From: Macrostomum lignano
Lineage: Eukaryota
Length of the DNA stretch: 64,000 bases
Direction of reading: 5' to 3'
Assembly: GCA_002269645.1 (NCBI GenBank)
Contig: NIVC01002342.1
Coordinates: 7,559-71,558, forward strand
This document shows, in pieces, positions 24,882 to 38,566 of this stretch; within the stretch, counting starts at the first letter, position 1, and the number at the start of each line of letters is the position of its first letter. A program made the translations under genes and the position numbers. A model generated the notes under the pieces. It had not been told where the DNA came from and made no database searches. It saw nothing but the letters and a program-made list of their open reading frames with translations.

Positions 24882-24933
24882 TTAGGGTTAGGGTTAGGGT
24901 TAGGGTTTGGGTTAGGGTTAGGGTTAGGGTTAG
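24882..24933 (+). repeat. Interstitial telomeric repeat (TTAGGG)n inside Helitron copy 1
   Basis: About 8 units including one TTTGGG variant; degenerate telomere-like tract also at about 24440-24490. Confidence 0.9.
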
Positions 24934-25490
24934 AAAGTAGACAGATTTTTTAAGATTTCAAGGCTTATGGGAGCATCGCTGAGATGTCAAGGGGGGAGTT
25001 GATATGTTAAGGCTTGTGGGGGGGGATTGCTGACATGTCAAGGCTTACAAGGGTACTGGTAGCGTACTGAAGCATACTGGTAGAAGTAGCTCTGAAAGAA
25101 GGCAAGTATGGTTGAATTTCAATGTCTGTTATAAAATTCTGCACAAGCATGTTTTATTGGTACATAAGCCTGGAATTAAAATGAGAATTCGATTCCTAGC
25201 CCCCCTCCCTAAGAATTTTTTTTCATTTTAAAGGATTCGTCCCTTGCTTATTGGCCACCCCAAAGGGGGGCGCTAGATTGCTAGTCACAAGCGCTAAATT
25301 TCACAAGCGCTAAACTTCACAAGCGCTAAACTTTACAAGCGCTAAACTTCAAATTAGTTCCAAAATCGTGCGTTTTACGAGCGTATGCTCTGCTGACCAA
25401 CCAATTTTTAATTCTGAAACTGCATCTGCAGATCCATTTATAAGCTGTAAATGTTAGCTGTAAAATTAATCACTTCAAGTTTCTGACAGT

Positions 25491-26011
25491 CAAATCCGCT
25501 CCAGACAGTCACATCCGCCACAGACAGGCGCAGATCAACCCCAGACAGGCACATCCGCCACAGACTGTCACAGATCCGCCACAGACAGTCACACATCCGC
25601 CCCAGACAGTCAGATCCGCTCCAGACAGTCAGATCCGCCACAGACAGTCAGATCCGCCACAGACAGTCAGATCCGCTCCAGACAGTCACATCCGCTACAG
25701 ACAGTCACATCCGCCCCAGACAGTCAGATCCGCCCCAGACAGTCAGATCCGACACAGACAGGCACAGATCCGCTCCAGGCAGTCACATCCGCTACAGACA
25801 GTCACATCCGCTACAGACAGTCAGATCCGCCACAGACAGGCGCAGATCAACCCCAGACAGGCACAGATCCGCTCCAGACATTCACATCCGCCACAGACAG
25901 ATCCGCCACAGACAGTCACATCCGCCACAGACAGTCAGATCCGCGACAGACATTCACATCCGCCACAGACAGTCGGATCCGCCACAGACAGGCACAGATC
26001 CACCCCAGACA
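25491..26011. repeat. 19-bp satellite B, array 2
   Basis: Same unit as 17696. Confidence 0.95.
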
Positions 26012-26857
26012 GGAGGAGGCTTCACAAGCGCTAATTTTCATAAGCGCTAACTCACCTACTTTCACAAGCGCTAAATTTCACAAACGCTAACTCACCTACT
26101 TTCACAAGCGCTAAATTTCACAGACGTTAAACTTTATAACCGCTAACTCACTTACTTTCACAAGCGCTAAACTTCACAAGCGCTAAACTTCTAATATACT
26201 AAAAATGGTCTGTCGGTATGTGTGTGTGTATGTGTGTGTGTGATCGATTTTAGCAAAAATGGCTCAACCGATTTTCTTCGAACTTGCACCATTCGATCAG
26301 AAATTTTTCCGTGACGGTACATGCATCGTGGCTAAGAAATTGCTCGATGCTAAAGGGATTAAATATTCGAAAAACATGTTTTTTTGCAAAGGTCAAGCAG
26401 CTATTTCGACTTGAAACGCACTGTAAAAATGCTAGAGAAAAAACTGACTGGTTGAATTCTGATTCTGAAATAGATTGCATCACAATACACTTTATTTATC
26501 GTCTGTGTACTGGCTAAATTTGACACTCAATTGAATTGCGTCACAGCTTTGAGTGTGAAAGTATAGTGCAGTACTGAATTTATATTACGTAACCATATTG
26601 TTAGCTTTCATAGACACTGGTACTGACTTGCCTAAGAAATTGATTATGTCATAACTGCTTCGTGTGACTTTTTACTCTACCTGACTTGGTGTGAGTGTTG
26701 AATTATATAAGTGGTACAAATTCACTGATAACTTCGATGAGAGCTAGCCTAGAGCTGAGCAGACCAGACTGCTAATGCAGCGACCTGGGTTCGAATCTAA
26801 GTAGTAGTGTAAAATTTTTTATTAAAAGCTTTTATTAAAGGACTAAATAAAAACACT

Positions 26858-28072
26858 TAGATTACTGCACTCGATAAGCTAAGGATTATTGCTCTTGGCA
26901 AACCAAGGATTACTGCACTCGATAAGCCAAGGATTGTTGCTATTAATAAACCAAGGATTACTGCACTCGATAAGCCAAGGATTATTGCTATTAATAAACC
27001 AAGGATTACTGCACTCAATAAACCAAGGACTATTGCTATTAATAAACCAAGGATTACTGCACTCAATAAACCAAGGACTATTGCTCTTGGCAAACCAAGG
27101 ATTACTGCACTCGATAAGCCAAGGATTGTTGCTATTAATAAACCAAGGATTACTGCACTCGATAAGCCAAGGATTATTGCTATTAATAAACCAAGGATTA
27201 CTGCACTCGATAAGCCAAGGATTATTGCTATTAATAAACCAAGGATTACTGCACTCGATAAGCCAAGGATTATTGTAAACCAAGGATTACTGCACTCGAT
27301 AAGCCAAGGATTATAGCTATTAATAAACCAAGGATTATGCACTTGGCAAACCAAGGATTACTGCACTCGATAAGCCAAGGATTATTGCTATTAATAAACC
27401 AAGGATTACTGCACTCAATAAACCAAGGACTATTGCTATTAATAAACCAAGGATTACTGCACTCAATAAACCAAGGACTATTGCTATTAATAAACCAAGG
27501 ATTACTGCACTCAATAAACCAAGGACTATTGCTATTAATAAACCAAGGATTACTGCACTCAATAAACCAAGGACTATTGCTATTAATAAACCAAGGATTA
27601 CTGCACTCAATAAACCAAGGACTATTGCTCTTGGCAAACCAAGGATTACTGCACTCGATAAGCCAAGGATTGTTGCTATTAATAAACCAAGGATTACTGC
27701 ACTCGATAAGCCAAGGATTATTGCTATTAATAAACCAAGGATTACTGCACTCAATAAACCAAGGACTATTGCTATTAATAAACCAAGGATTACTGCACTC
27801 AATAAACCAAGGACTATTGCTATTAATAAACCAAGGATTACTGCACTCAATAAACCAAGGACTATTGCTCTTGGCAAACCAAGGATTACTGCACTCGATA
27901 AGCCAAGGATTGTTGCTATTAATAAACCAAGGATTACTGCACTCGATAAGCCAAGGATTATTGCTATTAATAAACCAAGGATTACTGCACTCGATAAGCC
28001 ATGGATTATTGCTATTAATAAACCAAGGATTACTGCACTCGATAGCCAAGGATTACTGCGCTTGATAAGCTT
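26858..28072. repeat. 24/48-bp satellite, array 3
   Basis: Near-identical to array 1. Confidence 0.97.
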
Positions 28073-28979
28073 GGCTACATGTATAGGATTATTTCTATCC
28101 AGGGATGCTTGCTATTTAGGGATTCTTGCTATGTGCAGGATGCTTGCTATCTGGGTGGATGCTTGCTAGGAGTATTAGGGGATGCTTGCTACTGGGGGAT
28201 GCTTGCTGTCTTGGGAATATTTTCTATTTAGGGGTAATGACTAAAATTCATGAGAGCTAGCCTAGAGGTAAACAGACTAAACTGCTAAATGCAGGGACGA
28301 TGGTTCGAATTTTTAGAGAGTAGAGTTTTTTTTAATTAAAGCTTTTTAACGTCAAGACAAAAAAAATTATGGAAGCGTCATGTAAACAATCATAGAAGCG
28401 TCATGTAAACAATCATAGAAGCGTCATGCAAGCAATCATAGAAGCGTAATGTTAAAATCATACAAGCGTCATGTAAACAATCATACAAGCGTCATGTAAA
28501 CAATCATAGAAGCGTCATGTAAAAATCATAGAAGCGTCATGTAAAAATCATAGAAGCGTCATGAAAAAATCATAGAAGCGTCATGTAAAAATCATAGAAG
28601 CGTCATGTAAACAATCATACAAGCGTCATGTAAACAATCATACAAGCGTCATGTAAACAATCATACAAGCGTCATGTAAACAATCATACAAGCGTCATGT
28701 AAACAATCATAGAAGCGTCATGTAAACAATCATAGACACTGGTACTGACTTGCCTAAGAAATTGATTATGTCATAACTGCTTCGTGTGACTTTTTACTCT
28801 ACCTGACTTGGTGTGAGTGTTGAATTATATAAGTGGTACAAATTCACTGATAACTTCGATGAGAGCTAGCCTAGAGCTGAGCAGACCAGACTGCTAATGC
28901 AGCGACCTGGGTTCGAATCTAAGTAGTAGTGTAAAATTTTTTATTAAAAGCTTTTATTAAAGGACTAAATAAAAACACT

Positions 28980-30361
28980 TAGATTACTGCACTCGATAAG
29001 CTAAGGATTATTGCTCTTGGCAAACCAAGGATTACTGCACTCGATAAGCCAAGGATTGTTGCTATTAATAAACCAAGGATTACTGCACTCGATAAGCCAA
29101 GGATTATTGCTATTAATAAACCAAGGATTACTGCACTCAATAAACCAAGGACTATTGCTATTAATAAACCAAGGATTACTGCACTCGATAAGCCAAGGAT
29201 TATTGCTATTAATAAACCAAGGATTACTGCACTCAATAAACCAAGGACTATTGCTATTAATAAACCAAGGATTACTGCACTCAATAAACCAAGGACTATT
29301 GCTATTAATAAACCAAGGATTACTGCACTCAATAAACCAAGGACTATTGCTCTTGGCAAACCAAGGATTACTGCACTCGATAAGCCAAGGATTGTTGCTA
29401 TTAATAAACCAAGGATTACTGCACTCGATAAGCCATGGATTATTGCTATTAATAAACCAAGGATTACTGCACTCAATAAACCAAGGACTATTGCTATTAA
29501 TAAACCAAGGATTACTGCACTCAATAAACCAAGGACTATTGCTCTTGGCAAACCAAGGATTACTGCACTCGATAAGCCATGGATTATTGCTATTAATAAA
29601 CCAAGGATTACTGCACTCGATAAGCCAAGGATTATTGCTATTAATAAACCAAGGATTACTGCACTCGATAAGCCAAGGAATATTGTAAACCAAGGATTAC
29701 TGCACTCGATAAGCCAAGGATTATAGCTATTAATAAACCAAGGATTATGCACTTGGCAAACCAAGGATTACTGCACTCGATAAGCCAAGGATTATAGCTA
29801 TTAATAAACCAAGGATTATGCACTTGGCAAACCAAGGATTACTGCACTCGATAAGCCAAGGATTATTGCTATTAATAAACCAAGGATTACTGCACTCAAT
29901 AAACCAAGGACTATTGCTATTAATAAACCAAGGATTACTGCACTCAATAAACCAAGGACTATTGCTATTAATAAACCAAGGATTACTGCACTCAATAAAC
30001 CAAGGACTGTTGCTATTAATAAACCAAGGATTACTGCACTCAATAAACCAAGGACTATTGCTATTAATAAACCAAGGATTACTGCACTCAATAAACCAAG
30101 GACTATTGCTACTAATAAACCAAGGATTACTGCACTCAATAAACCAAGGACTATTGCTCTTGGCAAACCAAGGATTACTGCACTCGATAAGCCAAGGATT
30201 GTTGCTATTAATAAACCAAGGATTACTGCACTCGATAAGCCAAGGATTATTGCTATTAATAAACCAAGGATTACTGCACTCGATAAGCCATGGATTATTG
30301 CTATTAATAAACCAAGGATTACTGCACTCGATAGCCAAGGATTACTGCGCTTGATAAGCTT
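28980..30361. repeat. 24/48-bp satellite, array 4
   Basis: Same units as 19576. Confidence 0.97.
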
Positions 30362-31266
30362 GGCTACATGTATAGGATTATTTCTATCCAGGGATGCTTG
30401 CTATTTAGGGATTCTTGCTATGTGCAGGATGCTTGCTATCTGGGTGGATGCTTTCTAGGAGTATTAGGGGATGCTTGCTACTGGGGGATGCTTGCTGTCT
30501 TGGGAATATTTTCTATTTAGGGTAATGACTAAAATTCATGAGAGCTAGCCTAGAGGTAAACAGACTAAACTGCTAAATGCAGGGACGATGGTTCGAATTT
30601 TTAGAGAGTAGAGTTTTTTTAATTAAAGCTTTTTAACGTCAAGACAAAAAAAATTATGGAAGCGTCATGTAAACAATCATAGAAGCGTCATGTAAACAAT
30701 CATAGAAGCGTCATGCAAGCAATCATAGAAGCGTAATGTTAAAATCATACAAGCGTCATGTAAACAATCATACAAGCGTCATGTAAACAATCATAGAAGC
30801 GTCATGTAAAAATCATAGAAGCGTCATGTAAAAATCATAGAAGCGTCATGAAAAAATCATAGAAGCGTCATGTAAAAATCATAGAAGCGTCATGTAAACA
30901 ATCATACAAGCGTCATGTAAACAATCATACAAGCGTCATGTAAACAATCATACAAGCGTCATGTAAACAATCATACAAGCGTCATGTAAACAATCATAGA
31001 AGCGTCATGTAAACAATCATAGACACTGGTACTGACTTGCCTAAGAAATTGATTATGTCATAACTGCTTCGTGTGACTTTTTACTCTACCTGACTTGGTG
31101 TGAGTGTTGAATTATATAAGTGGTACAAATTCACTGATAACTTCGATGAGAGCTAGCCTAGAGCTGAGCAGACCAGACTGCTAATGCAGCGACCTGGGTT
31201 CGAATCTAAGTAGTAGTGTAAAATTTTTTATTAAAAGCTTTTATTAAAGGACTAAATAAAAACACT

Positions 31267-32875
31267 TAGATTACTGCACTCGATAAGCTAAGGATTATTG
31301 CTCTTGGCAAACCAAGGATTACTGCACTCGATAAGCCAAGGATTGTTGCTATTAATAAACCAAGGATTACTGCACTCGATAAGCCAAGGATTATTGCTAT
31401 TAATAAACCAAGGATTACTGCACTCAATAAACCAAGGACTATTGCTATTAATAAACCAAGGATTACTGCACTCAATAAACCAAGGACTATTGCTCTTGGC
31501 AAACCAAGGATTACTGCACTCGATAAGCCAAGGATTGTTGCTATTAATAAACCAAGGATTACTGCACTCGATAAGCCATGGATTATTGCTATTAATAAAC
31601 CAAGGATTACTGCACTCAATAAACCAAGGACTATTGCTATTAATAAACCAAGGATTACTGCACTCAATAAACCAAGGACTATTGCTCTTGGCAAACCAAG
31701 GATTACTGCACTCGATAAGCCATGGATTATTGCTATTAATAAACCAAGGATTACTGCACTCGATAAGCCAAGGATTATTGCTATTAATAAACCAAGGATT
31801 ACTGCACTCGATAAGCCAAGGATTATTGTAAACCAAGGATTACTGCACTCGATAAGCCAAGGATTATTGCTATTAATAAACCAAGGATTATGCACTTGGC
31901 AAACCAAGGATTACTGCACTCGATAAGCCAAGGATTATTGTAAACCAAGGATTACTGCACTCGATAAGCCAAGGATTATTGCTATTAATAAACCAAGGAT
32001 TACTGCACTCGATAAGCCAAGGATTATTGCTATTAATAAACCAAGGATTACTGCACTCGATAAGCCAAGGATTATTGTAAACCAAGGATTACTGCACTCG
32101 ATAAGCCAAGGATTATAGCTATTAATAAACCAAGGATTATGCACTTGGCAAACCAAGGATTACTGCACTCGATAAGCCAAGGATTATTGCTATTAATAAA
32201 CCAAGGATTACTGCACTCAATAAACCAAGGACTATTGCTATTAATAAACCAAGGATTACTGCACTCAATAAACCAAGGACTATTGCTATTAATAAACCAA
32301 GGATTACTGCACTCAATAAACCAAGGACTGTTGCTATTAATAAACCAAGGATTACTGCACTCAATAAACCAAGGACTATTGCTATTAATAAACCAAGGAT
32401 TACTGCACTCAATAAACCAAGGACTATTGCTCTTGGCAAACCAAGGATTACTGCACTCGATAAGCCAAGGATTGTTGCTATTAATAAACCAAGGATTACT
32501 GCACTCGATAAGCCAAGGATTATTGCTATTAATAAACCAAGGATTACTGCACTCAATAAACCAAGGACTATTGCTATTAATAAACCAAGGATTACTGCAC
32601 TCAATAAACCAAGGACTATTGCTATTAATAAACCAAGGATTACTGCACTCAATAAACCAAGGACTATTGCTCTTGGCAAACCAAGGATTACTGCACTTGA
32701 TTTATCAAGGATTATTGCTATTAATAAACCAAGGATTACTGCACTCGATAAGCCAAGGATTATTGCTATTAATAAACCAAGGATTACTGCACTCGATAAG
32801 CCATGGATTATTGCTATTAATAAACCAAGGATTACTGCACTCGATAGCCAAGGATTACTGCGCTTGATAAGCTTG
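31267..32875. repeat. 24/48-bp satellite, array 5
   Basis: Same units as 19576. Confidence 0.97.
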
Positions 32876-34577
32876 GCTACATGTATAGGATTATTTCTAT
32901 CCAGGGATGCTTGCTATTTAGGGATTCTTGCTATGTGCAGGATGCTTGCTATCTGGGTGGATGCTTGCTAGGAGTATTAGGGGATGCTTGCTACTGGGGG
33001 GATGCTTGCTGTCTTGGGAATATTTTCTATTTAGGGTAATGACTAAAATTCATGAGAGCTAGCCTAGAGGTAAACAGACTAAACTGCTAAATGCAGGGAC
33101 GATGGTTCGAATTTTTAGAGAGTAGAGTTTTTTTTAATTAAAGCTTTTTAACGTCAAGACAAAAAAAATTATGGAAGCGTCATGTAAACAATCATAGAAG
33201 CGTCATGTAAACAATCATAGAAGCGTCATGCAAGCAATCATAGAAGCGTAATGTTAAAATCATACAAGCGTCATGTAAACAATCATACAAGCGTCATGTA
33301 AACAATCATAGAAGCGTCATGTAAAAATCATAGAAGCGTCATGTAAAAATCATAGAAGCGTCATGAAAAAATCATAGAAGCGTCATGTAAAAATCATAGA
33401 AGCGTCATGTAAACAATCATACAAGCGTCATGTAAACAATCATACAAGCGTCATGTAAACAATCATACAAGCGTCATGTAAACAATCATACAAGCGTCAT
33501 GTAAACAATCATACAAGCGTCATGTAAACAATCATAGAAGCGTCATGTAAACAATCATAAAAGCGTCATGTAAACAAGCATAGAAGCGTCATGTTAACAT
33601 AGAAGCGTCATGAAAAAATCATAGAAGCCTCATATAAAAACTAATGAAAGTGTCATTTAAAAAATTAAGAAGCATCATGGAAGAATAAAAGAAGCGTAAC
33701 ATAAAAATCAAAAGAAGCGTCATGTCAGACATGAAAGAAGTGTCATATAAAAATTAAATGAAGCTATAGTGCTGTGCTGGGAGAATTACTGAGACGTCAA
33801 GGCTCACAGAGAATAACTGAGATTACAGGGGGGTTTCTGAGATGTTAAAGCAAAAGTCAGAAGCTACTTCAAAGTACATGTACTTTACTTAAGTTTTTTT
33901 ATTGTATTCTTTGTTGGCTTGCCACGGTGGGGGGGCGCTGATAGAAGAAGAGTCATGTAAAAATAAAAGGAGCACTATGTATACATAAAATAAAAGTCAT
34001 GTCAAAGTTAAAAGATTCATTTGGGAATTGCTACGATGTCAAAGCTTGGAGGGAATCGTTATAGTGCTGTGATTCTTAAAGAAGGAATCACTTAAATGCC
34101 AAGGCTTAGGGAAGAAGAATTGCTGTGATTTCAAGGCTTTAGGTTGGGTTAAAGTTAGGTTTAGGTCAGGTTTGGGTTGAGGGTTAGATTTTAGCGGGTT
34201 TCAAGGTTAACAGGGGATTTTTTAGATTTCAAGGTTTATGGGGGCATCGCTGACATGTCAAGGCTTACGAGGGGAATCTATCTATCTATCTATCTATAGC
34301 TGAGATGTCAAGGCTCACGGGGAATAAATGAGATGTCAAGGCTAATGTCAGAAGCTACATGTAGTTTATTGGAAAAAAGTTATTACATTATTTGTTGGCT
34401 CCTCACGGGAGGGATCGCTGATAGAAAAAGCGTAATGTAAAAAATAAAAGAAGCTTCATGTCGAAGTTAAGAGATTCATTTGGGAATCTTTACGATGTCG
34501 AGGCTTGCAGGGAATCGCTATAATGCTGTAGTAGTGCTATAATGACTCTTAGAGAGAATTACTGAAATTTCAATGCT

Positions 34578-34629
34578 TTAGGGTTAGGGTTAGGGTTAGG
34601 GTTTGGGTTAGGGTTAGGGTTAGGGTTAG
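34578..34629 (+). repeat. Interstitial telomeric repeat inside Helitron copy 2
   Basis: Copy of 24882-24933. Confidence 0.9.
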
Positions 34630-35186
34630 AAAGTAGACAGATTTTTTAAGATTTCAAGGCTTATGGGAGCATCGCTGAGATGTCAAGGGGGGAGTTGATA
34701 TGTTAAGGCTTGTGGGGGGGGGATTGCTGACATGTCAAGGCTTACAAGGGTACTGGTAGCGTACTGAAGCATACTGGTAGAAGTAGCTCTGAAAGAAGGC
34801 AAGTATGGTTGAATTTCAATGTCTGTTATAAAATTCTGCACAAGCATGTTTTATTGGTACATAAGCCTGGAATTAAAATGAGAATTCGATTCCTAGCCCC
34901 CCTCCCTAAGAATTTTTTTTCATTTTAAAGGATTCGTCCCTTGCTTATTGGCCACCCCAAAGGGGGCGCTAGATTGCTAGTCACAAGCGCTAAATTTCAC
35001 AAGCGCTAAACTTCACAAGCGCTAAACTTTACAAGCGCTAAACTTCAAATTAGTTCCAAAATCGTGCGTTTTACGAGCGTATGCTCTGCTGACCAACCAA
35101 TTTTTAATTCTGAAACTGCATCTGCAGATCCATTTATAAGCTGTAAATGTTAGCTGTAAAATTAATCACTTCAAGTTTCTGACAGT

Positions 35187-36110
35187 CAAATCCGCTCCAG
35201 ACAGTCACATCCGCCACAGACAGGCGCAGATCAACCCCAGACAGGCACATCCGCCACAGACTGTCACAGATCCGCCACAGACAGTCACACATCCGCCCCA
35301 GACAGTCAGATCCGCTCCAGACAGTCAGATCCGCCACAGACAGTCAGATCCGCCACAGACAGTCAGATCCGCTCCAGACAGTCACATCCGCTACAGACAG
35401 TCACATCCGCCCCAGACAGTCAGATCCGCCCCAGACAGTCAGATCCGACACAGACAGGCACAGATCCGCTCCAGGCAGTCACATCCGCTACAGACAGTCA
35501 CATCCGCTACAGACAGTCAGATCCGCCACAGACAGGCGCAGATCAACCCCAGACAGGCACAGATCCGCTCCAGACATTCACATCCGCCACAGACAGATCC
35601 GTCACAGACAGTCACATCCGTCACAGACAGTCACATCCGTCACAGACAGTCAGATCCGCGACAGACATTCACATCCGCCACAGACAGTCACATCCGTCAC
35701 AGACAGTTAGATCCGCGACAGACATTCACATCCGCCACAGACAGTCACATCCGCCACAGACAGTCAGATCCGCCACAGATAGTCCAGTCAGATCCGCCCC
35801 AGACAGTCAGATCCGCCACAGACAGGCGCAGATTCGCTCCAGACATTCACATCCGCCACAGACAGTCACATCCGCCACAGACAGTCAGATCCGCGACAGA
35901 CATTCACATCCACCACAGACAGTCACATCCGCCACAGACAGTCAGATCCGCCCCAGACAGTCAGATCCGCCACAGACAGGCGCAGATTCGCTCCAGACAT
36001 TCACATCAGCCACAGACAGATCCGCCACAGACAGTCACATCCGCCACAGACAGTCAGATCCGCGACAGACATTCACATCCGCCACAGACAGTCGGATCCG
36101 CCACAGACAG
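35187..36110. repeat. 19-bp satellite B, array 3
   Basis: Same unit as 17696. Confidence 0.95.
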
Positions 36111-36116
36111 GGGGAG

Positions 36117-36712
36117 GCTTCAGAAGCGCTAATTTTCATAAGCGCTAACTCACCTACTTTCACAAGCGCTAAATTTCACAAACGCTAAACTTCATAACCG
36201 CTAACTCACTTACTTTCACAAGCGCTAAACTTCACAAGCGCTAAACTTCACAATAGCTAAAAATTCGCCACCTACTTTCACAAACGCTAAATTTCACAAG
36301 CGCTAAACTTCAGAATAGCGAAACCACCTACTTTCACAAGCGCTAAACTTCACAACCGCTAAAACACAAATGTCGCCTACTTTCACAAGCGCTAAACTTC
36401 ACAAACGCTAACCTTTACAATCCCCAAAACACGAATGTCGGATTCTTTTACAAGCGCTAAAATGTTAATTTACTATATATACTAATATACTATTTTAGCG
36501 CTTGTGAAAGTAGCCGACATTCGTATTTTAGCGGTTTTTTTAACGTTTAGCGCTTGTGAAGTTTAGCGCTTGTGAAGTTTAGCGCTTGTGAAGTTTAGCG
36601 CTTGTGAAAGTAGGCGGCAAATTTTTAGCTATTATGAAGTTTAGCGCTTGTGAAATTTAGCGCTTGTGAAAGTCAATGTCGTTAGCGGTTATGAAAATTA
36701 GCGCTTGTGAAA
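36117..36712. repeat. Repeat C forward arm (36117-36443, no Helitron insertion) and inverted arm (36491-36712) around an AT-rich spacer of about 47 bp
   Basis: ...CGAATGTCGG..TTTTACAAGCGCTAAAAT faces ATTTTAGCGCTTGTGAAAGTAGCCGACATTCG; long modular inverted repeats resemble foldback-type TIRs. Confidence 0.8.
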
Positions 36713-36716
36713 GCGA

Positions 36717-37790
36717 CCCCCAGACAGTCAGATCCGCCACAGACAGGCACAGATCCGCCCCAGACAGTCAGATCTGCCACAGACAGTCAGATCCGCCCCA
36801 GACAGTCAGATCCGCCACAGACAGTCAAGATCCGCTCCAGACAGTCAGATCCACCACAGACAGGCACAGATCCGCCCCAGACAGTCAGATCTGCCACAGA
36901 CAGTCACATCCGCTACAGACAGTCAGATCCGCTCCAGACATTCACATCCGCCACAGACAGTCACATCCGCCACAGAAAGTCAGATCCGCCCCAGACAGTC
37001 AGATCTGCCACAGACAGTCACATCCGCCACAGACAGTCAGATCTGCCACAGACAGTCACATCCGCCACAGAAAGTCAGATCCGCCCCAGACAGTCAGATC
37101 CGCCCCAGACAGTCAGATCCGCCACAGACAGGCACAGATCCACCCCAGACAGTCAGATCTGCCACAGACAGTCACATCCGCCCCAGACAGTCAGATCCGC
37201 CCCAGACAGTCAGATCCGCCCCAGACAGTCAGATCCGCCACAGACAGGCACAGATCCGCCACAGACAGTCACATCCGCCACAGAAAGTCAGATCCGCCCC
37301 AGACAGTCAGATCCGCCACAGACAGTCACATCCGCCACAGAAAGTCAGATCCGCCCCAGACAGTCAGATCCGCCCCAGACAGTCAGATCCGCCACAGACA
37401 GGCACAGATCCACCCCAGACAGTCACATCCGCCACAGAAAGTCAGATCCGCCCCAGACAGTCAGATCCGCCACAGACAGGCACAGATCCACCCCAGACAG
37501 TCAGATCTGCCACAGACAGTCACATCCGCCACAGAAAGTCAGATCCGCCCCAGACAGTCAGATCCGCCCCAGACAGTCAGATCCGCCACAGACAGGCACA
37601 GATCCGCTACAGACAGTCACATCCGCCACAGAAAGTCAGATCCGCTACAGACAGTCACATCCGCCACAGAAAGTCAGATCCGCCCCAGACAGTCAGATCC
37701 GCCACAGACAGGCACAGATCCGCCACAGACAGTCAGATCCACCTCAGTCACAGATCCGCCCAGACAGTCACAGATGAGCCACAGGCAGTC
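36717..37790. repeat. 19-bp satellite B, array 4 (same orientation as arrays 1-3)
   Basis: Explains the 356 and 383 aa repetitive ORFs. Confidence 0.95.
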
Positions 37791-38566
37791 ACAGATCCAC
37801 CGTGACACGGCGTCAAAGATAATATGATAAGAATTATTAAAAATATCAAAAGACAAGTACGCTGTCAAGTATTGGCAAGGCGGCTACAATGAAAAGACCT
37901 AGCTCATAAAATTATTCCCTGTGCGAGTATTATCGGCACACGAAGTTAGCAAATAAACTAAGACTTGTGTCTGATCGTGGAACAAGTAGTCCACCACTAA
38001 ATTGCAATGCGCGGTGCCCGAAAGAATCACATTCAATTTTGCTCGGTAGCCCTTTGCTTTCTGTTGAGAAAGACTCTGGCCAAGGCCAGCGGCTTGCATG
38101 TGATGTTCAAAGGTAGCCGTGCATAAAAAACAAGCTTATCTATCTCTGTCTTTAAAATATGCGGGCTATATTTTTATTTTGCTCCAATAAAACTGACATT
38201 GAGAGGCTGGGCAGGTCAGCAATCAAAGCTCGCTAAGATGAACGCACAAAGGTAGGAAATTTGATTGCAGCATCGAGATAGTTTAACATACATGTACTCA
38301 GTCAGCAAGTCAGTGCATTGCAGATAGAAAAGTGTAGAAGTGTAGCATATAGAAAAATATCCTCAAGACAAGTCTTCCTGCATTATTTAGTTCACATCCC
38401 AGAGTCTGAAATCAATCAGCGGGTTTGCCTCCTAGAGATATTTAATTAAACCTAAAAAACTACAAAGATTAACAATGCGGGGAAATAAATAAGCCTCTTA
38501 AACATTGGGCAGTTGAAGTAAGGATTTCAGACTAAAAAATCGCTGGTGTTTTCATTCGCGCTACCG

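Larger units (their letters stand above)
18908..25284 (+). mobile_element. Non-autonomous Helitron-like element, copy 1 (6,377 bp, two internal satellite modules)
   Basis: 5' TCTAATATACTAAAAATGG followed by (TG)n; 3' hairpin GCCACCCC-AAA-GGGGGGCGC then CTAG. Removing it rejoins ...GCGCTAAACT|TCACAAGCGC... of repeat C with no TSD. No RepHel ORF. Confidence 0.75.
26190..34980 (+). mobile_element. Non-autonomous Helitron-like element, copy 2 (8,791 bp, three internal satellite modules)
   Basis: Same termini and same insertion point in repeat C as copy 1 (offset 7,282 at the 5' end, 9,696 at the 3' end). Confidence 0.75.

Noticed and set aside
24882-24933. True chromosome end
   Set aside because: Only about 8 units, duplicated inside an element, with genes on both sides
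19576-32875. CRISPR-like array (constant CCAAGGA core with variable intervening bases)
   Set aside because: The variable parts are a handful of recurring variants, not unique spacers; no cas genes; eukaryotic context
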